NCBI GenBank assembly: GCA_052279835.1
Contig: CP181291.1
Location: 1,312,001-1,376,000, forward strand
DNA: 64,000 bases
Source: Microcoleus sp.
GTDB lineage: Bacteria; Cyanobacteriota; Cyanobacteriia; Cyanobacteriales; Microcoleaceae
Direction: 5' to 3'
In this document: piece after piece, positions 17,718 through 28,193 of the stretch
Layout of the letters: each line of letters starts with the position of its first letter
Position numbering within the stretch: the first letter of the stretch is position 1
Position numbers and translations under genes: made by a program
Notes under the pieces: generated by a model
The model's database searches: none
What the model saw: the letters and a program-made list of their open reading frames with translations, nothing else
Told to the model about the DNA's origin: nothing

Positions 17718-19118
17718 ATGGGAAGGAATTCGCGTCGTGCAACTCAAGCAGGTATTAACCAAGCTGAACAGGCTCTTAAACGTAAGGTTTGGACAAAACA
17801 ACGTCTAGCCACAGAGGTTGGCTGTGGTGCTAATACAATTTCCAATTTTTTTAATGGTACTAAAATTGATAATAGTTTTTTTAAGGGAATTTGCACGGCG
17901 CTAGATCTGGAGGAGCAAAAGATTGTTGATTTGTCTGAAGACGCTGAACCTAAGCTAGATGATAAGCAAGCGCGATCTCTTTTTGCTCATGCTTTTCAAA
18001 CGATAATCGACCAGAAAACCAAGGATTTCGTCGGGCGTAAATATGTATTCACGGAGATCGAAAAATTTATTAACAGCAAAACTAACGGCTATTTCACTAT
18101 CATCGGCGATCCTGGGATGGGGAAAAGTACGATTCTGGCGAAGTATGTACAAGATAGTGGGTGCGTTGCTCATTTTAATGTAGAAAATGACGGCGAAAAT
18201 CGCGCAGATCAATTCTTAGAGAGTATCTGCAAACAACTAATCAAACAGTATCAACTATCCTATTCTTTGGCTTTACCTGCCGATGCCAAAAGCGATGGTG
18301 TTTTCCTCAAAAAGTTGTTAGATGAAGTTGCCATAAAGAGAAACGGTAAACCCGTGGTGATTGCGGTTGATGCCTTAGATGAAGTTGACCAGTCCAGCCA
18401 AACAAACAAAAATGCTAATATTCTTTACTTTCCGCGTTATTTACCAAGCGGGATTTATTTTGTAACAACAGTTCGACGTGGAGTTGATGTACCATTAGTG
18501 ACTGATGCAGCACAACAAATATTTAACTTGATGGACTATCAATCGGAAAGTCATGAAGATGTCTGCACCTATATTAGAAATCGAGTTAACAGTAGTGATA
18601 AGCTACGTCAATGGATTCAAAGCCAGAAGCTGACAGAACAAAATTTCATTGACGAAATTGCAGCTCGAAGTGAAAACAATTTCATGTATTTGTACTATGT
18701 ATTGTATGGAATTGAGGAGGATATATATCCAGACTTGAGCCTCGATAGTTTACCTCTAGGCTTGCAGCAATACTATCAATTCCACTGGCAGAAAATGGGG
18801 ATGAATGATATACCGCGTTCAAACGTCAAAATTAATGTTATGTATCATTTAGCAGAAAGCCGTCAGCCAATTTCATGCCAGCTAATCTCTGGGTATATTG
18901 GCGAGACTCCTTTGAAAGTGCAGGATGTTTTAAAAGCATGGCTACAATTTTTACACAAGCGTACTATTGAAGGTGAAGTTTGCTACAGCATCTATCACCC
19001 TGATTTTTGGAGATTTTTGCATAAGCATGAAACTATAGAGGCTGCACGGGTTTCGATTCCAAAAATTAATAAACAAAAGTCAGATTATTTATGGAAGGGA
19101 TTGCTTGAAGATGAGTAA
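17718..19118 (+). CDS. Xre-like HTH + STAND/NACHT-like P-loop ATPase
   Basis: N-terminal WTKQRLATEVGCGANTISNFFNG HTH, FVGR, Walker A GDPGMGKST, Walker B VIAVDALDE, winged-helix end YSIYHPDF; GGAGGG precedes ATG 17718. Confidence 0.9.
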   Translation: MGRNSRRATQAGINQAEQALKRKVWTKQRLATEVGCGANTISNFFNGTKIDNSFFKGICTALDLEEQKIVDLSEDAEPKLDDKQARSLFAHAFQTIIDQKTKDFVGRKYVFTEIEKFINSKTNGYFTIIGDPGMGKSTILAKYVQDSGCVAHFNVENDGENRADQFLESICKQLIKQYQLSYSLALPADAKSDGVFLKKLLDEVAIKRNGKPVVIAVDALDEVDQSSQTNKNANILYFPRYLPSGIYFVTTVRRGVDVPLVTDAAQQIFNLMDYQSESHEDVCTYIRNRVNSSDKLRQWIQSQKLTEQNFIDEIAARSENNFMYLYYVLYGIEEDIYPDLSLDSLPLGLQQYYQFHWQKMGMNDIPRSNVKINVMYHLAESRQPISCQLISGYIGETPLKVQDVLKAWLQFLHKRTIEGEVCYSIYHPDFWRFLHKHETIEAARVSIPKINKQKSDYLWKGLLEDE

Positions 19119-22100
19119 TTTAAAAGCACGGTTAGCCAATATGCCACCTGCCCAGCGACGAGATACTTTGGAAATGCCAATTTATCTAGCGAATGCAAGA
19201 GAGGCAAAGCGATTGCAGAGTTTGTTAACCAATTTTGATTTCATTGATGCTAAGATTTCTTACAAAGAGTTTGGAGTACAGGCACTAATTACAGATTACG
19301 ACTTAGCTTTGCAACCTGATATTGAGATTGCTGAAGAGATCAAGGAAAATCTGAAATTAATTCAAGGAGCGCTAATACTATCAGCCAATGCTCTAGCTGA
19401 TGATAAAAACCAACTAGCAGGGCAACTAATGGGTCGTTTGCAACACTTTGCAACTCCTGAGATTAAAACATTGTTGACCCAGGCAAAACAAAAAGAAGCT
19501 CCTATTCTTTATCCGTTAACTGCCAGTTTATTACCCCCTGGCATAGCTGTAGCAAGGACTTTGACGGGACATCAAAGCACAACTGATTCATCAATTGGTA
19601 ATGTATCAGCAGTAGCAATAGCAGAGACTCCAGAAAGAACATGGATAGTTTCAGGTTCATGGGATCATACCGTCAAAGTTTGGGATTTACGCACAGGTCA
19701 AGAGTTAAGAACTCTGAGAGGGCATAATACTTCGGTCTTATCTGTGGCTGTTACACCCGACGGCAAAAAAGTAATCTCTGGTTCAGCAGACAATACTATC
19801 AAAGTTTGGGATTTAGAGACAGGTCAGCAGTTACTTAATCTAACGGAACATAAGGAAAGAGTAAATGCTTTAGCAGTCACTCCTGATGGTAAAAAAATAG
19901 TCTCAGGTGCTGGGAAAAGCACTTTGCTAGGTGGGGCTTCATCAGACAATACTATTAAAATATGGGATTTAGAAACAGGTCAGGAATTATTTACCTTGGA
20001 CGGCCATACCGCTATCATTAATGCTGTTGCGGTGACTCCTGATGGTAGAAAAGTTATTTCTGCTTCAGGTGACGCAAGTTTAAAAATTTGGGACTTACAA
20101 ACACGGGAACAGTTACATACTTTAACTGGCCACAAAGGAATCTACGATTTTCATAAAGGAGAAATAAATGATGTAGCCATTGCATCAGATGGAAAGCAAG
20201 CTATCTCAGCTTCTTCTGATGACCAATCTCTCATAATCTGGGATTTAGAGTCTGGCGAAAAATTACAATCCCTGAAAGTGACTGCCGGAATACATGGACA
20301 AGGTGTTGTCGCTCTTACACCCGATGGCAAACTAGCAGTATCAGGCTGTGACAAAAGTATTTTAGTATGGGATTTAACGGATGAGGCTCGGCCTCGATAC
20401 CGCACCTTGGGCGAACATACAGGGGATATAACTGCCGTAGCAGTGACTTCCGATGGGAAATGGGGAGTCTCAGCTTCTCAGGATAATACCCTCAAAATTT
20501 GGGATTTAGAGAATAAAAGAAAGTCACCTATTCTACCTGGACACAAATCCCTAGTAAAGGTAATGGCAGTTACCCCTGATGGAACAAAAGCACTCTCAGT
20601 AGGTCACAAAGATATCAAAGTATGGGATTTGCATATTGGCAGGGAATTGTTCACTTTGGAGGGGGTTGACGTTGAGTTGGTATCTCCTTTAAATAAAATT
20701 ATCACTTTTACTCCCGATCACCAACGAGTTATCGCAACCTCATTTCACGGTATCAAGGTTTGGAATTTGTGCAATGGTGAGGAATTGCTAAGCTTGAGAG
20801 GTCATAAAGATGATGTATTCGCTGTGGCGATTGCGCCAGACGGAAAAAAAGCGATCTCGGCTTCGCAGGATAAAAGTCTAAAAGTTTGGGATTTACAATC
20901 TGGAGTGGAAGTCATGTCTCTGATTGGACATAGCGAGATAGTAGTTTCTGTAGCTATCACTCCTGATGGAAAGCAAGTTGTCTCAGCTTCCTGGGATAAA
21001 ACTCTAAAAGTTTGGGATTTAGAATCGGGGAAAGAGTGGAGAACTTTAATAGGACATACTGAGGTTATATGGGATTTGGCGATCTCTCCTGATGGTAAAA
21101 AAGTAGTTTCCTATGGTAAAGATAGCATTAAAGTCTGGGATTTGCAATTAGGATCTGAGTTGTTAACCTTAAAAGGTTATGGTAAATTAAATAATTTTAT
21201 ATCTCTATATCCTGATGGTACGGGAGTAGTATGTCTTTTAGATAGAAACACTCTTCAAGTCTGGGATTTACAATCCGGTAGTAAGTTACTAACTTTAGCG
21301 GGTCATACTAACTCAGTACAAAGTTTGGCGATTACGCCAAATAACAAGTATGCCGTTTCAGCTTCTAGCGATAGATCTCTCAGAGTTTGGGATTTGCAGA
21401 CGGGCGATGCAATTGCCAGGTTCAATGGAGATAGTGCAATAAATTATTGTGCAGTCTCACCTGATGGAATAACTATCGTCGCAGGTGAAGAATCTGGTAG
21501 AGTACACTTCCTGCGTTTTAAGATGGATAATTCTGACATACTTAGCGAACAGGATTGGATACTAGGTGAGTTACAAAAATCAGAGGAATTTCTTATTCAA
21601 GGTAGAGAATTATTAGATTCAGGAGAATACGAAGAAGCGATTAAGATATTCGATCGAGCTATACAGCTAAACCCCAACTTATACGAGGCTTGGTGGGATA
21701 GAGGTACAGCACTATCAAGGTTGGAGTTTTATTTCGAGGCAAATCAGTCATTTTGTAAAGCATCAGATATCATAGGCTTGAATCATGAAGACTTTGATAT
21801 AATTTCAATGGACGCAATTGGAGCAAAGTACGCTCTTGCTAGGCAAGAATACAATAAAATAGTAGACTGCATAACTTCTGGCAGAGAGATAGATATACAA
21901 AATGCGATTAACAATTTAACTAAAATCCTGAAAATAAATAAGGATTTCGCCAAAGCTTACTGCCTCAGAGGTGATTTTCGTAATAAAGTAGGGGAGTATC
22001 AAGGGGCGATCGAGGATTTGACTAAAGGAATTGAGCTAAGTCCAGAGTTAGCAAATACTTACAATCCTGTTCTTGCGAAGGCTTACTATCGTCGAGGCGT

Positions 22101-22242
22101 TTATTTCCACAAGTCTGAAGAGTATCAAAAAGCAACTGAAGATTATGAGAATGCGATTCGGATCGAGCCGAATACACGTCTTGCAAAAGTTTATACAGAC
22201 TTGCTTGCCTTTGCCTCTAATTGTCTTCCTTTGAAAAGCTGA
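19111..22242 (+). CDS. APAF-1-like helical domain + about 14-15 WD40 repeats + C-terminal TPRs
   Basis: LLTNFDFIDAK...QLAGQLMGRL, repeated GH...AVTPDG...KVWDL, then TPR motifs (AIKIFDRAIQLNP, AYYRRG); 8-bp overlap with the upstream ATPase gene. Confidence 0.92.
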   Translation: MSNLKARLANMPPAQRRDTLEMPIYLANAREAKRLQSLLTNFDFIDAKISYKEFGVQALITDYDLALQPDIEIAEEIKENLKLIQGALILSANALADDKNQLAGQLMGRLQHFATPEIKTLLTQAKQKEAPILYPLTASLLPPGIAVARTLTGHQSTTDSSIGNVSAVAIAETPERTWIVSGSWDHTVKVWDLRTGQELRTLRGHNTSVLSVAVTPDGKKVISGSADNTIKVWDLETGQQLLNLTEHKERVNALAVTPDGKKIVSGAGKSTLLGGASSDNTIKIWDLETGQELFTLDGHTAIINAVAVTPDGRKVISASGDASLKIWDLQTREQLHTLTGHKGIYDFHKGEINDVAIASDGKQAISASSDDQSLIIWDLESGEKLQSLKVTAGIHGQGVVALTPDGKLAVSGCDKSILVWDLTDEARPRYRTLGEHTGDITAVAVTSDGKWGVSASQDNTLKIWDLENKRKSPILPGHKSLVKVMAVTPDGTKALSVGHKDIKVWDLHIGRELFTLEGVDVELVSPLNKIITFTPDHQRVIATSFHGIKVWNLCNGEELLSLRGHKDDVFAVAIAPDGKKAISASQDKSLKVWDLQSGVEVMSLIGHSEIVVSVAITPDGKQVVSASWDKTLKVWDLESGKEWRTLIGHTEVIWDLAISPDGKKVVSYGKDSIKVWDLQLGSELLTLKGYGKLNNFISLYPDGTGVVCLLDRNTLQVWDLQSGSKLLTLAGHTNSVQSLAITPNNKYAVSASSDRSLRVWDLQTGDAIARFNGDSAINYCAVSPDGITIVAGEESGRVHFLRFKMDNSDILSEQDWILGELQKSEEFLIQGRELLDSGEYEEAIKIFDRAIQLNPNLYEAWWDRGTALSRLEFYFEANQSFCKASDIIGLNHEDFDIISMDAIGAKYALARQEYNKIVDCITSGREIDIQNAINNLTKILKINKDFAKAYCLRGDFRNKVGEYQGAIEDLTKGIELSPELANTYNPVLAKAYYRRGVYFHKSEEYQKATEDYENAIRIEPNTRLAKVYTDLLAFASNCLPLKS

Positions 22243-22370
22243 ATCAGATAATAGATTAAGGCTGTGCGGGAAGGACAAATAAGGGCGATCCCTGATTCCA
22301 TCACCCCAACATCATAAAACGTATTTTTTGTCAAGCTGATGCCACAATATTCGATCGCACTTGGAGATTA

Positions 22371-23384
22371 TCACCCCATCAAGACTTGTGCACCTTCAGT
22401 ATCAAGAGAAATCGCCCTGACATCAGCCTTCACCCCAAATTCCATCCAAGCAGCCGCCATCCCTTTCTCAACCGCATCAACATTAGTAACATCCGTTAAA
22501 GCCAAAAGCGTCGGCCCAGCACCGCTAATTACCATTCCACAAGCCCCTGCATTCATGGCTGCTTTTTCTACAGCTTCATATCCCTGAATCAGCGATCGGC
22601 GGTAAGGCTGGTGAATCTTGTCTTGCAGGGCGCAGCGCAGCCAGTTTTCATTGCCAGTTTCCAAAGCCCGCACCAACAAACCGAGGTGTGCGGCATTAAA
22701 AATCGCGTCAGCCCGACTGTAATCTGTGGGCAAGACTTGGCGCGCTTCGGCTGTGGAAAGTTCAAAATCGGGAATCGCTACCACGGGCACAATATTAGGA
22801 TGCCACGGAATATCGCAAATTTGCCAGGAACCGCGGGGTAGGCACGGGGGCACTACCCCTACAAAATCCTGGTTTTGTGTAGGGGCAATCCCCCTGTGGT
22901 TGCCCTCGTCGGTGAGTGCATCGCTAGCAGCGAGGCGACATCCTCCGAGTAAAGCGGGGACAACGTTGTCGGGATGTCCTTCAAGTTCGATCGCCAACTG
23001 CATCACTTCCACCTGACTCAAAGGCTTTCCGGCTAATAAATTTGCACCAACTAACCCACCGACAATGGCTGTAGCGGAACTTCCCAAACCTCTAGCCAGG
23101 GGAACTTGCATATCTATATGTATGGCGACGGGTGGCGGCGATTGATTGAGGCGATCGTATAATTTGACAAATGCTACATAAGCGAGATTGCTGTCATCTG
23201 TCTTGACTTTGGCGGCTTCTGCACCTGTAACGGTGATTTTTAGTTTCTCGGTTGCGGAGGGTTCGAGAAGAGAGAATTGGAAGGAGTTGTAGAGGCTTAA
23301 AGCGGCGCCGATGCAGTCAAAACCGGGGCCTAGGTTGGCGGTTGTGGCGGGTACGGTAACGGTGAAGGTGGAAGTTGCGGACAT
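22371..23384 (-). CDS. thrB: Homoserine kinase with a REP-derived insertion
   Basis: [37 protein letters not shown]. Confidence 0.97.
   Translation of the reverse strand: MSATSTFTVTVPATTANLGPGFDCIGAALSLYNSFQFSLLEPSATEKLKITVTGAEAAKVKTDDSNLAYVAFVKLYDRLNQSPPPVAIHIDMQVPLARGLGSSATAIVGGLVGANLLAGKPLSQVEVMQLAIELEGHPDNVVPALLGGCRLAASDALTDEGNHRGIAPTQNQDFVGVVPPCLPRGSWQICDIPWHPNIVPVVAIPDFELSTAEARQVLPTDYSRADAIFNAAHLGLLVRALETGNENWLRCALQDKIHQPYRRSLIQGYEAVEKAAMNAGACGMVISGAGPTLLALTDVTNVDAVEKGMAAAWMEFGVKADVRAISLDTEGAQVLMG
22835..22906. repeat. Inverted pair of GTAG-type REP palindromes (REPIN-like) within thrB
   Basis: GGGGTAGGCACGGGGGCACTACCCCTAC, spacer, GTAGGGGCAATCCCCCTGTGGTTGCCCT. Confidence 0.85.
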
Positions 23385-23461
23385 TTTTTGAATAGTAAAT
23401 TTTGAGTATTTAACCGCTTGGGAACAGAGATAAATTGTTGATATCGGTTCGATCGCCTATT

Positions 23462-24031
23462 TTAACTGATTCCTAGAACATCTTCGTAAATTTGTGCGAT
23501 CGGGCATTGAAATTCTACGCTAGCCAAGCGAACTTCTTCGCCATCCGCGTAAGGATAGAGTTCCCAGCGCCCTTCTGCATTGCGCTGGTAAGATTCTACA
23601 CCGATTCTTTCTTGATTAATCACTACGTATTCTTGTAAAGTTTCTAAGGTGCGGTAGTCGGCAAATTTATTTCCGCGATCGAATGCTGCTGTGGTTGGAG
23701 AGAGAACTTCTACGATTAAGCGCGGGTGGCGTTTGAAATAGTCAAGACTTCTATCTCTTTCGTCGCAAGTTACCATGATGTCGGGATAGTAAAATACATC
23801 TGCTTGCTCAATTCTGGCTTTCATGTTTCCTGCGTAAATTCGACAGCCTCTGCCTCTAACGTGAGTTGTGAGCAAGTTGACTAGGTTGATGCAAATTGTT
23901 TCATGGGCATCACTTGCTCCTGCCATTGCATAAATTTCGCCTTGTCGGTATTCGTGTTTGATCGGGCTATTTTTTTCGCCTTCTAAATAGTCTTCTGGGG
24001 AGGTGTAGGTGTGGCTGATGTTGGCAATCAT
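23462..24031 (-). CDS. Uma2-family endonuclease-like protein
   Basis: HEYRQGEIYAMAG, YYPDIMV, IVEVLSPTT..FDRGNKF. Confidence 0.93.
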   Translation of the reverse strand: MIANISHTYTSPEDYLEGEKNSPIKHEYRQGEIYAMAGASDAHETICINLVNLLTTHVRGRGCRIYAGNMKARIEQADVFYYPDIMVTCDERDRSLDYFKRHPRLIVEVLSPTTAAFDRGNKFADYRTLETLQEYVVINQERIGVESYQRNAEGRWELYPYADGEEVRLASVEFQCPIAQIYEDVLGIS

Positions 24032-24083
24032 TGTTGGTATTTGTTAAACACTGAGGATATTATATCATGTTGGCACAAGCTAT

Positions 24084-24575
24084 TTATTGTTCCAGCATTT
24101 GAAGATGCTTGATGGCATCTTGATAATCGTTAGTTTTGCCGGATTTTTGATAGTATTGGGCTGCTGTATGATAATCGGCGATCGCGCCGTTGATATCTTC
24201 TAAGAATTCGCGGACTCTGGCGCGATTGTAGTAGGCATCGCCGTAGTTGGGGTCGATTTGAATAGCGCGATCGAAATCTGCCTTTGCTGCTGGGTAATCT
24301 TTGAGATCGCGGGCTCGAATTATACCGCGTTTGTTATGGGCTGCTGCGTAGTCTGGATTGAGGCGGATGGCTTCGGTGTAATCGGCGATCGCACCTTGAA
24401 TATCTCCTGCTTCTGACTTGGCTAAACCGCTGTTAAATAAATCTTCTGCCTGATTTTTAACATTATTTATTTGAACTATTAATACTTCTGATTTAGCAGA
24501 GACAGCAGGAGATATATTACCAAAAATAGTAAAGATTGCTAGAGTCGCAATTAAGTGATAAAATGGTGGTTTCAT
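24084..24575 (-). CDS. TPR protein with a signal peptide
   Basis: Hydrophobic N-terminus ending VSA; GAIADYTEAIRLNP repeats. Confidence 0.88.
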   Translation of the reverse strand: MKPPFYHLIATLAIFTIFGNISPAVSAKSEVLIVQINNVKNQAEDLFNSGLAKSEAGDIQGAIADYTEAIRLNPDYAAAHNKRGIIRARDLKDYPAAKADFDRAIQIDPNYGDAYYNRARVREFLEDINGAIADYHTAAQYYQKSGKTNDYQDAIKHLQMLEQ

Positions 24576-24578
24576 AAT

Positions 24579-25145
24579 TTAGGTAAAAATTAGAGCTACA
24601 GAACAACTAAATCCTGGCAATAAAGGCGATGTAAGTTCATCATTGTTTAAGAGCGTAGCAATGAGCCTTAAACTTGCTTGTTCGCGACGATAAACTTCTA
24701 TTTGCTGCAATTGCCAATTCACCACCCAGTATTCTTGGACGCCTCGCACTGAATAGAGTCGGAGTTTCAAATCTCGATCCCGTCTTTCATTATCTGCACC
24801 TGGGGACAATACTTCAACAACTAACTCAGGTGAGCCGGTTAGATGTCCGGCTTCGTCTAGTAAAATAGCCAAGCGTTCATTGCTCACCCAAACTAGATCG
24901 GGAATTACGTTATCGGTATCTGTGAAAATAATGCCTGGATTGATTGCAGCTCGTCCTAAATTAGTCTCTCGCGACCAAGTATTAAGTTCTTGATAGAGGT
25001 TGCCTATAGCCTGTTGATGACCCCAATGCGGTGCTCTAGTCATAAATAGCTCCCCATCAATAATTTCATAGCGATCGCCGTTATCTGGCAATAGTTCTAA
25101 ATCTGCCGTAGTCCAGCGTACTTTATCAGATATTGTTTGGTTCAT
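24579..25145 (-). CDS. Uma2-family endonuclease-like protein
   Basis: RYEIIDGEL, IPDLVWVS, PELVVEVLSPG; likely start MNQTIS. Confidence 0.93.
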   Translation of the reverse strand: MNQTISDKVRWTTADLELLPDNGDRYEIIDGELFMTRAPHWGHQQAIGNLYQELNTWSRETNLGRAAINPGIIFTDTDNVIPDLVWVSNERLAILLDEAGHLTGSPELVVEVLSPGADNERRDRDLKLRLYSVRGVQEYWVVNWQLQQIEVYRREQASLRLIATLLNNDELTSPLLPGFSCSVALIFT

Positions 25146-25242
25146 ACAAACACTCTTGATAGGTGATACAAAAATTATAGACGATCGAGCATAAGAAAGC
25201 ATCCACAAATTTCAACCTGTGAGTGCAAAAGAAGGCAAAAAC

Positions 25243-25322
25243 AAAACCCGCCCACGCGGGTTTCTATATTATTAGTCCGCGAAGGCGGACTTTGTTTGTG
25301 TAGTCGCGATTTCCAATCGCCG
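25243..25322. repeat. REP-like composite palindromic repeat
   Basis: AGTCCGCGAAGGCGGACTTTGTTTGTGTAGTCGCGATTTCCAATCGCC; inverted copies at 46495-46580. Confidence 0.8.
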
Positions 25323-25350
25323 GATTTCCTGAGAATTACAAACCATAAGA

Positions 25351-26586
25351 TTACTTCAAAACAGTCTTAGAAGCAATCCGAGTTTTCTTGCGATCGCCCT
25401 CACTCAACTCCTCACCGGATTGCAAGCGAGTAGCAGAGGTTTGGAGGACAGTGGCGGCACTTTGATCGCCCATTTGCAGAGCCGTTTTAGCAGCGGTTTG
25501 GAGCATAGTGGCTGCGCCAGCCCGATCGCCTTGCTGCAATCTAGTTTCAGCAAGTTGAGTTTGGCGGTACTTAGCCAAAGCTAAAATGTGTTGCTGTACC
25601 ATGGGATTGATTGCCGGCTGATAAACTGGCAGGACATTAGTCGAAATCACCACCGATTCAGAGAGCAAACCTGCACCGACTGTGGGATCGTCGTAGCGAA
25701 TTTGCAATTGCCCGATCGCCTGTTTACCCTCTGGTAACTGTCCAATATAAATATTAGCCAAAACTACTCGTTCTACATCCTTCATTAAATCTCCCAAACG
25801 GACCATAAAGCGATCGCCCTCTTGCTGCACCGGTAATTCGATCGTATCTGGGGCAACTTGGGCGATGGGTTTAAGTTCGGCTAACCGCACCTTTGGCATT
25901 AAAGAAAATAGCAAATAAGCATTAGTCAAACCTACTGATTGGACGCGGGTAAACAGCTTGCCAAACTCTTCAACAGCATCTTCAGGACGCTGAATATGAG
26001 CCAAAGCACCGCCACCGGCATCCGCAATTTTTTCCAAAATATCCTGATTCCAGTTATCCCCAAATCCCAGAGAATTCAAAGTCATATTATACTCAGCAGC
26101 CAGTTTTGCCAACTTCAAACAGCGGTTATTGTCGCCGTGTTCATTTTCGCCATCAGTCAATAGAAAAGCCTGAGAGATAGCCTCTTTTTTGCCTTTGCCC
26201 AACTCTTCAATACCTAGCTTAATGCCCTCATCAATTGCCGTCCCACCAGCGGGACGCAATTTCTCAATTTGCCGTTTAATACTAGCGGGGTCTTCCACAA
26301 TTTGGTTAGGGACAAGGACTTTAGCTTTGTGGTCAAAAGCAACCGCACAAAAGCGATCCCCAGGCTTCAATCTGTCGAGGAGGCGTCCGGCGGCCTGTTT
26401 GACGGTTTCCAAAGGACGTCCGTTCATGGAACCGCTGTGGTCGAGAATCAGGCAGAGATTTAAGGGTACGTTGGAGTCGAAGTCCGAGGTGGTCGCAGAC
26501 ACCGAAATGGCTAGCTGGCGCTGGCTTGAGGGCGCATCCGCGTCCAGGTTGGTGTCGTTTAAAGCAGGGAGCAAACTAACTTTCAT
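25351..26586 (-). CDS. VWA domain-containing protein
   Basis: MIDAS motifs LILDHSGSM, GGT and LLTDGE. Confidence 0.93.
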   Translation of the reverse strand: MKVSLLPALNDTNLDADAPSSQRQLAISVSATTSDFDSNVPLNLCLILDHSGSMNGRPLETVKQAAGRLLDRLKPGDRFCAVAFDHKAKVLVPNQIVEDPASIKRQIEKLRPAGGTAIDEGIKLGIEELGKGKKEAISQAFLLTDGENEHGDNNRCLKLAKLAAEYNMTLNSLGFGDNWNQDILEKIADAGGGALAHIQRPEDAVEEFGKLFTRVQSVGLTNAYLLFSLMPKVRLAELKPIAQVAPDTIELPVQQEGDRFMVRLGDLMKDVERVVLANIYIGQLPEGKQAIGQLQIRYDDPTVGAGLLSESVVISTNVLPVYQPAINPMVQQHILALAKYRQTQLAETRLQQGDRAGAATMLQTAAKTALQMGDQSAATVLQTSATRLQSGEELSEGDRKKTRIASKTVLK

Positions 26587-26653
26587 GCGGGATACCTAAA
26601 GATTGCGTTACTATTTCTTTAAGAATAACTCCATCAGTTCAGGCGACATTTCG

Positions 26654-27343
26654 ATGAAAACACCCTTTAAAGCAATGCAATCGCAATACTACGGCGATGC
26701 CTCCTACCGGACGCCCCCCCCTGATTTACAATCGCTGTTGCTGAAGGAGCGGATTATCTACCTGGGCTTACCCTTGGTATCGTCCGACGATTTCAAACGT
26801 CAAATGGGGGTAGATGTCACTAAACTGATTATTGCTCAGTTACTCTACTTACAATTCAATGATTCGGAAAAACCGATCTTTTTTTACATCAACTCGACAG
26901 GAACTTCCTGGTACACAGGGGATGCCATTGGGCAAGAAACGGAAGCTTTCGCTATCTGTGACACGATGAACTACGTGAAACCTCCTGTTCATACCATCTG
27001 CCTTGGTCAAGCCATGGGAACTGCGGCGATGATTTTGTCTGCGGGAGCTAAAGGCTCGCGGGCTAGTTTGCCCCATGCTACCATCGTCTTGAATCAACCG
27101 CGGACGGGGATGGGACGATCGCAGGCAACAGACATCCAGATTCGGGCGAAGGAAGTCCTGGCAAACAAAGCAACGGCAATGGGTATCCTGTCGAAGAATA
27201 CGGGTCAGCCAGTGGAAAAAATTGCCAAAGATACCGATCGAATGTGCTACATGACCCCGGAACAAGCCAAAGAATACGGACTAATCGATCGCGTGCTAGA
27301 AAGCACCAAGGATTTGCCCGTACCATTGCCGGCGCTTGTTTAA
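26654..27343 (+). CDS. clpR: Non-catalytic Clp subunit ClpR
   Basis: RTPPPDLQSLLLKERI, YINSTGTSWYTG; catalytic Ser and His absent (QAMGTAA, IVLNQP). Confidence 0.92.
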   Translation: MKTPFKAMQSQYYGDASYRTPPPDLQSLLLKERIIYLGLPLVSSDDFKRQMGVDVTKLIIAQLLYLQFNDSEKPIFFYINSTGTSWYTGDAIGQETEAFAICDTMNYVKPPVHTICLGQAMGTAAMILSAGAKGSRASLPHATIVLNQPRTGMGRSQATDIQIRAKEVLANKATAMGILSKNTGQPVEKIAKDTDRMCYMTPEQAKEYGLIDRVLESTKDLPVPLPALV

Positions 27344-27410
27344 CCCTTTCCTGCTAGGGGAAGGATTTTTGAGTCTGATTATTTTTTTAGAAGCTTGGAT
27401 GGTGGTAGCT

Positions 27411-28082
27411 ATGCCTGTTGATGAAATCCTGCGCGTTCCTTACAACATTCCTGGCAGCTCCAACTGGCAGTGGATCAATATATACACTCGCTTGAGCCAG
27501 GAACGGATCATTTTTGTGAACCAGACGATAACTACAGGTCTGGCAAATACGGTGATTTCAGCAATGCTTTACCTGGACTCGATCGACCAGAAGAAGCCGA
27601 TATATCTATACATCAACTCCTACGGCGACCCAATCGCGGGGGGAACAGTAAATCAAATGGCTGGGATGATGTCGGTGGCCGCTGGTTTGGCGATTTACGA
27701 TACCATGCAGCATATCAAGTCGGAAATCCAAACTATTTGTTTGGGTCAAGCCATCGGTCTGTCGGCCCTGTTACTGTCCTCCGGGAGCAAAGGGAAGCGA
27801 GCTAGTCTCCCCCATGCGATGATTGCCCTGGAGTATCCCCAAGGGGGGACGCAGGGTCAGGCAACTGATATCACAATCACTGCTACAGAAGTCCTAGCAA
27901 AAAAAGATTTAATTCTGGAAATTTTTGCGAAAAATACAGGACAATCTGTGGAAAAACTGGCGAAAGATATGAGTCGCACGTTTTACTTGACTCCGCAAGC
28001 AGCTAAAGATTACGGGCTGATCGATCGGGTGTTGGAAAGCACCAAAGAAATATCTCAACCAACTGCCACAGTTTTTAGCTAA
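27411..28082 (+). CDS. Second non-catalytic ClpP/ClpR-like subunit
   Basis: ClpP fold ([15 protein letters not shown]), but QAIGLS and IALEYP replace AASMG and IMIHQP. Confidence 0.88.
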   Translation: MPVDEILRVPYNIPGSSNWQWINIYTRLSQERIIFVNQTITTGLANTVISAMLYLDSIDQKKPIYLYINSYGDPIAGGTVNQMAGMMSVAAGLAIYDTMQHIKSEIQTICLGQAIGLSALLLSSGSKGKRASLPHAMIALEYPQGGTQGQATDITITATEVLAKKDLILEIFAKNTGQSVEKLAKDMSRTFYLTPQAAKDYGLIDRVLESTKEISQPTATVFS

Positions 28083-28193
28083 AGGAGTTGCCATTGAGGA
28101 GAAAATCGGTGGGATTAACTCCTGAATGGGAACTGCTAGCTACTAACTGTTCATTACTGAAAATTTCACCTTTATTCTGTTAGGAGATATACG

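Noticed and set aside
23462..25145. Uma2-TPR-Uma2 as a restriction or defence system
   Set aside because: Uma2 genes are highly expanded and scattered in cyanobacteria; no methylase or other partner is present
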